Assembly: GCA_044868005.1 (NCBI GenBank)
Contig: JBIOVX010000237.1
Span: 3,852-67,851 of the forward strand
DNA from: Thermoanaerobaculia bacterium
Lineage (GTDB): Bacteria > Acidobacteriota > Thermoanaerobaculia > Multivoradales > UBA5704
Length of the DNA stretch: 64,000 nt
Direction of reading: 5' to 3'
The translations under genes were made by a program, and so were the position numbers. Positions 59,730-64,000 of the stretch are shown piece after piece. Below the pieces are notes generated by a model. That model made no database searches. It was not told the DNA's origin and saw only the letters and a list, made by a program, of their open reading frames with translations. The first letter of the stretch is position 1, and each line of letters starts with the position of its first letter.

Positions 59730-61577
59730 CTACTTCGCCGCCTCCATTCCCGCCTTCTCCTGCGCCACCCACGCCTTGATGCTCTTCTCCAGCAGGTCGA
59801 GCGGCAACTGGCCGTTGCCTAAGATGCGGTCGTGGAAGGCGCGGATGTCGAACTTCGGTCCCAGCTCCCTTTCGGCGTAGGCGCGCAGCTCCTTGATCTT
59901 CAGCTCGCCGATCTTGTAGCAGGGCGCTCCTCCCGGGTTGACGATGTAGCGGTCGACCTCGGCCTCGATCTCGTGCTCGGTCCTGGCGGAGTTCGCCTTG
60001 CAATAGTCGATTGCCTGCTGGCGCGTCCATCCCTTGGCGTGCAGGCCGGTATCGACCACCAGACGGATGGCCCGCCAGATCTCCAGGGTGAGCTGGCCGA
60101 ACTTGGAGTAAGGGTCCTTGTAGAGGCCGAGCTCGCCCCCCAGGCTCTCGGCGTACAGTCCCCACCCTTCGGAGAAGACGGGATAGACGTCCCACTTGCG
60201 CCACGCGGGCAGCTCGCCGAGCTCCTCGACGAGGGAGTATTGGAGGTGGTGCCCCGGCACGGACTCATGGGCCGTCAGCGCCTCCATGCCCCACTTCGGA
60301 CGGGATTTCAGGTCGTAGGTATTGACCAGGAACCAACCCGGCCGGCCGGCGGCGAGCGAGCCGTTGTTGTACAGCGCCGAGGGCGCCGATTTCGTATCGC
60401 CTTCCATGACCTTGACGCCGTAGGGCAGCCGCGGCAGCCGGCCGAAGAGCTTGATCAGCTCGGGATCGATGCGTTTCGCGATGTCGCGGAAGCTGGCCAT
60501 CAGGTCCTCGGGCTTGTCGTAGAAAAAGCGCGGATCGGTGCGCAGGAAGTTGCAGAACTCCTCGAAGCTGCCCTTGAAGCCGGTGGCGGCGATGACCTCA
60601 TCCATCTCGCCGCGGATGCGCTTGACCTCGGCGAGGCCGAGCTGGTGGATCTGCTCGGGGGTGAGGTCGGTCGTCGTGTAGGTCCGGAGCCTGTAGGCGT
60701 ACCAGGCCTTGCCGTTGGGCAGGTCGCTCATCGCGATCGACTCCCGGGCGCCGGGGACGTAGGTGTCGGCGAGATAGTCGCGCAGCTTGCGGAGAGCCGG
60801 CGCCACCTGTTCCCGGAAGACCTGGGCCGCGGCGCGCCGCAGGCGGTCGCGCTCCGCCGCGGGAATCGTCTCGGGGATTGTCTTGAACGGCGCCAGGACG
60901 GGGCTCTGCAGCGGATCGTCGGCGAGCAGCGCCTCCACCTGCCCGGGCACGTTCCGCAAAGTCACGCGCGGCGGCGTGATGCCCTTCGCGCGCCCCTGGT
61001 CGAGCAGCGCCATCGTCTGCTCGACCGCGGCCGGATAGGCGCGCAGGCGGGTGAGCATGTTCTCGTAGTCGTGGGCCGTGCGGTTCGGCATGGCCGGCAG
61101 GAGGTCCAACAGGTCCGAGTGGATGCCGCCCATCTGATTGACCAGCAGGTATTCCCCTGGGAACGTTTCCCCTTCGATCGCCTGCCGGAGGCGCCGGAGC
61201 GCCAGGTCGTAGCTCACCTGCTCGGCCGGTGCCAGCCGCGCGCGGTCGATCGAGGAGAGGGCGGTCAGCTCCAGGCGGGTGATCCGCCGGCTGAGCGCGA
61301 TCGTCTCGGGCGAGAGGTCGCTCAGGCGGTCGTCGAAGCCTGGGGCTCCCACGTAGGTGGCCCACTCGGGGGCTTCGCGCAGCATGGTGAGCCAGTAGAG
61401 GTCGAAGAAGGTCTTCAGGCGTTCGCTCTCGCTCCCTTGCCCGTTCGTGGCGGGAAAGTGCTCGAGCTGCCGCGCCGATTCGGTGAGGTCGGGGGGCAGG
61501 GCGGGGAGGGCGGGGGAAGCGGAAACAAGGATGAAAAGGACGACAGGGACAGCAAGGACGGGGAACGATTTTTTCAT
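59730..61577 (-). CDS. DUF885-family secreted protein (copy 2, tandem paralog)
   Basis: ORF 59730..61577 (-). Collinear with copy 1 over its whole length (for example AHESVPGHHLQ, EVDRYIVNPGGAPCYKIGELK). Signal peptide MKKSFPVLAVPVVLFILVSA. Confidence 0.85.
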   Translation of the reverse strand: MKKSFPVLAVPVVLFILVSASPALPALPPDLTESARQLEHFPATNGQGSESERLKTFFDLYWLTMLREAPEWATYVGAPGFDDRLSDLSPETIALSRRITRLELTALSSIDRARLAPAEQVSYDLALRRLRQAIEGETFPGEYLLVNQMGGIHSDLLDLLPAMPNRTAHDYENMLTRLRAYPAAVEQTMALLDQGRAKGITPPRVTLRNVPGQVEALLADDPLQSPVLAPFKTIPETIPAAERDRLRRAAAQVFREQVAPALRKLRDYLADTYVPGARESIAMSDLPNGKAWYAYRLRTYTTTDLTPEQIHQLGLAEVKRIRGEMDEVIAATGFKGSFEEFCNFLRTDPRFFYDKPEDLMASFRDIAKRIDPELIKLFGRLPRLPYGVKVMEGDTKSAPSALYNNGSLAAGRPGWFLVNTYDLKSRPKWGMEALTAHESVPGHHLQYSLVEELGELPAWRKWDVYPVFSEGWGLYAESLGGELGLYKDPYSKFGQLTLEIWRAIRLVVDTGLHAKGWTRQQAIDYCKANSARTEHEIEAEVDRYIVNPGGAPCYKIGELKIKELRAYAERELGPKFDIRAFHDRILGNGQLPLDLLEKSIKAWVAQEKAGMEAAK

Positions 61578-61581
61578 TGGT

Positions 61582-64000
61582 TTACCGCCTCGTGCTCGTC
61601 CCGAACGTCACCTCCACCGGCACCTTTTCGCCTTCGCGCACCACCACGGCCGTGGCCTTCTCGCCGGGCTTGGCGCGCTGGAGCACGAACATGAAGTCGT
61701 GGATGTCGCGGATGGGGGTGCCCGCCAGCTCGACGAGGAGATCGCCGCGCTTGAGGCCGGCCTGCTCGGCGGCGCTGCCGGGCCGCACGCCGGCCAGCAG
61801 CACGCCGGGCCGGCCGTCGCCGGCGTAGTCGGGCACGGTGCCGAGGGAGGCGCCGTAGGAGCGTGTGTCGCCGCGCGGCGCGGGAGCCGGCGCGCTCTTG
61901 TAGGTCGGCCGCTGCGGCCGGCCGGCGATCTCCATCGCGAGGTCCGCCACCAGGCCGGCGACGCGGGCGCCGCCGGCGGCGTTGATCTTGTCGGCGTCGT
62001 CCGACGGCTTGTGGTAGTCCGGGTGGGCGCCGGTGAAGAAATGCAGCACCGGCACGCCCGCGGCGTAGAAGGGGCTGTGATCCGAGGGACCGTACCCGTC
62101 GCCGTTGAGCGCACAGGCGAGGAGATCCCGGTCGCAAGCCGCCGGTACGATCTCCTTCCATTCCTCCGCCGACTCGGTGCCGAACACGGTGAGCTTGTTG
62201 TCGCGCAGGCGGCCGACCATGTCCATGTTGAGCATGGCGGCGAGGTCCGCGGTCTTCACCCCGCCGGGCGGCCGCCGCGTGAAGGCGGTCGAGCCGAGCA
62301 CGCCCGCCTCCTCGCCGGCGAAGGCGACGAAGTAGACGTCGCGGCGCAGGCTCTCCCGCTGGCCGGCCAGCCGGCGGGCCACGGCGAGCAGCGCGGCGGT
62401 GCCGGAGGCGTTGTCGTCCGCGCCGTTGTGCACGGCGTGGGAATCCGGATCGAGGGAGCCGTTGCCGCCGAGGCCGAGGTGGTCGTAGTGCGCGCCCACC
62501 AGGACGGCGCCGGGAAGGCGGTCCGCGGCGCCGGCGCGCACGACCCCGACGACGTTGAGTGCGGCCGCGGTCTTGCGCTCGAGATCGATCCGCAGCTCGG
62601 CGTGGTGCGCGCCCTCGAACAGCCTGCCGCCCGCGGCGCGCTTGACGGTCGCCACAGGAATCCCCACGTCCCCGCCCGCGTCGAACGTATCGATGGCGAG
62701 GCCCGGCAGCGGCGCCTCTTCGCCGGGCGCGCCCGCGGGCTGATCCACCACGATCAACGCCCGCGCGCCGTGCTCGCGGGCGTTGAAGGCCTTGTAGCGC
62801 AGATCGCCGTAGCGCCGCTCGGCGTCCTGGCCGGCGAAGGGTCCGCCCTCCGGCGTGAAGCGGCGGACGGCGACGATTTTCCCCTTGGCGTCGAGATCCT
62901 TGTAGTCGTCGATCCCCAGCTCCGGAGCCGTGATGCCGTAGCCGGCCGCCACCACCTCGCCCGCGGCTTCGCCGTTGCCGGAGAACGAAGCCGGACGGAA
63001 GTCGTCCGCCCCCAGGGCCGCGCCGTCGATCGCCACCGCGGTGCCGGAGCGCGCCTCCACGGCCACCGGCACGTCGAAGCTCTCGAACCAGCCGCCGTCC
63101 TCCCCGGCCGGCGAGAGGCCCGCTTCACGGAAGCGTTCGGCGAGCCAGCGCGAGGCTTCCTGAAGCCCGGCGGTGCCGATGCCGCGACCCTCGCGGGCGT
63201 CGTCCGCCAGCCAGCTCACGTCGTCGCGGAAGCGGCCGGCGTCTGCCGTCTCGGCCGCCGGCGCGGCTTTGCCGACGCCGTCCATCCAGCGCGCCACGAA
63301 GACGTTGGTCTCGCCCGGCGCGCTCTGGTTGCGGTTGGAGGCGAAGGCCAGGCGGGTGCCGTCCGGCGAGAACATGGGGAAGCCGTCGAAGCCGGGTGTC
63401 CAGGTGAGGCGCTCGAGATCGCTACCGTCGGCGTCGATCGCCCAGAGGTCGAACTCCCGGCCCTTGGGATCGCCGTAGTTGGAGGAGAAGACGATGCGCT
63501 TTCCCGACGGGAAGAACGACGGAGCGAAGGAGGCGGCGCCGAGGTAGGTGACCTGGCGGGCGTCGCTACCGTCGGCGTTGGCCGTCCAGATCTCCAGCCG
63601 CGACGGCCGCACCAGCCCGCGCGCGAGCAGGCGCTGGTAATCCTCCAGCTCCGCTCCCGCCTTCGGCCGCGAGGCCCGCCAGACGATGCGTGAGCAGTCG
63701 GGCGAGAAATAGGCGCCGCCGTCGTAGCCGGCCGTGCTAGTCAGCCGGCGGACGTTCTTGCCGTCGGCGTCCATGCGGTAGAGGTCGAGGTCGCCGTCGC
63801 GTGTGGAGGTGAAGATCAGCGAGCCGTCCCGTGGGCAGACGGTGGTCTCGGCGTCGTAGGCCTGGTTGTCGGTGAGGCGGACGAGGTCCGAGCCGTCGGG
63901 CCGGGCGGTGAAGATCTCGTAGCCGGGCTCGATGGACCACACGTAGCCCTGCGAGCGGTCCGGAGGCGCCGGGCACGCCTCGCTCGCCAGGTGGGTGGAG
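61582..64000 (-). CDS. TolB-like beta-propeller / M28 aminopeptidase / PDZ fusion protein; 5' end outside the window
   Basis: ORF 61582..63942 (-), but the frame stays open to 64000 (…STHLASEACPAPPDRSQGYVWSIEPG). PD40/TolB-like repeats (IFTSTRDGDLDLYRMDADG, IVFSSNYGDPKGREFDLWAID). M28 motifs (NVVGVV, GAHYDH, GADDNASG, FVAFAGEEAG). C-terminal PDZ (LLAGVRPGSAAEQAGLKRGDLLVEL). Confidence 0.8.
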   Translation of the reverse strand, partial: STHLASEACPAPPDRSQGYVWSIEPGYEIFTARPDGSDLVRLTDNQAYDAETTVCPRDGSLIFTSTRDGDLDLYRMDADGKNVRRLTSTAGYDGGAYFSPDCSRIVWRASRPKAGAELEDYQRLLARGLVRPSRLEIWTANADGSDARQVTYLGAASFAPSFFPSGKRIVFSSNYGDPKGREFDLWAIDADGSDLERLTWTPGFDGFPMFSPDGTRLAFASNRNQSAPGETNVFVARWMDGVGKAAPAAETADAGRFRDDVSWLADDAREGRGIGTAGLQEASRWLAERFREAGLSPAGEDGGWFESFDVPVAVEARSGTAVAIDGAALGADDFRPASFSGNGEAAGEVVAAGYGITAPELGIDDYKDLDAKGKIVAVRRFTPEGGPFAGQDAERRYGDLRYKAFNAREHGARALIVVDQPAGAPGEEAPLPGLAIDTFDAGGDVGIPVATVKRAAGGRLFEGAHHAELRIDLERKTAAALNVVGVVRAGAADRLPGAVLVGAHYDHLGLGGNGSLDPDSHAVHNGADDNASGTAALLAVARRLAGQRESLRRDVYFVAFAGEEAGVLGSTAFTRRPPGGVKTADLAAMLNMDMVGRLRDNKLTVFGTESAEEWKEIVPAACDRDLLACALNGDGYGPSDHSPFYAAGVPVLHFFTGAHPDYHKPSDDADKINAAGGARVAGLVADLAMEIAGRPQRPTYKSAPAPAPRGDTRSYGASLGTVPDYAGDGRPGVLLAGVRPGSAAEQAGLKRGDLLVELAGTPIRDIHDFMFVLQRAKPGEKATAVVVREGEKVPVEVTFGTSTRR

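Noticed and set aside
1-64000. Scan for rRNA, tRNA, CRISPR arrays, integrases, transposases and phage structural genes
   Set aside because: Reading both strands, I recognised none. All intergenic regions longer than 100 bp were inspected by eye. Small ncRNAs cannot be excluded without covariance-model searches.

Overview
This is a gene-dense 64-kb stretch of a very GC-rich bacterial chromosome. Hand counts of single 60-nt lines inside host genes give about 75-78% G+C. I see no rRNA, tRNA, CRISPR array, transposase or integrase. About 57 protein-coding genes can be supported. Most long ORFs in the track that lie antisense to these genes are GC-driven shadow ORFs. Signal transduction dominates: a HAMP/pseudo-cyclase Ser/Thr kinase, a GAF-HD-GYP protein, an FHA-GAF-adenylate cyclase, a CheB-CheR-PAS-histidine kinase-receiver megafusion, a GAF-HK/NarL pair and a KdpD/KdpE-like pair. 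Envelope and secreted proteins include a porin-like OMP, an MltF-like transglycosylase, a DUF3494 protein with an IPTL-CTERM-like tail, a BON protein, a LysM protein, a 945-aa beta-helix/Ig-repeat protein, two tandem DUF885 proteins and a TolB-M28-PDZ peptidase. There are also two ABC transporters, two type II TA modules (VapBC-like, MntA/HepT) and several gene relics (kdpB/kdpD fragments, duplicated 3' gene ends). The stand-out is a low-GC insertion of about 3.8 kb (individual lines 40-65%, roughly 50% overall) at ~7996-11807 that carries only two reverse-strand genes. The first is an 879-aa protein fusing a degenerate PfkB/ribokinase-like domain to an AAA+ ATPase. The second is a 217-aa four-helix membrane protein. 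I do not recognise this pair as any named defence or toxin system. Its composition, placement and sensor-ATPase plus membrane-effector logic make it the best candidate here for an undescribed system, probably of the anti-phage or abortive-infection type. A second low-GC islet (34288-36003) encodes a lone cytoplasmic metzincin-like protein whose zinc motif reads QExxHxxGxxH. All family assignments are motif-level recognitions from memory; no searches were run.
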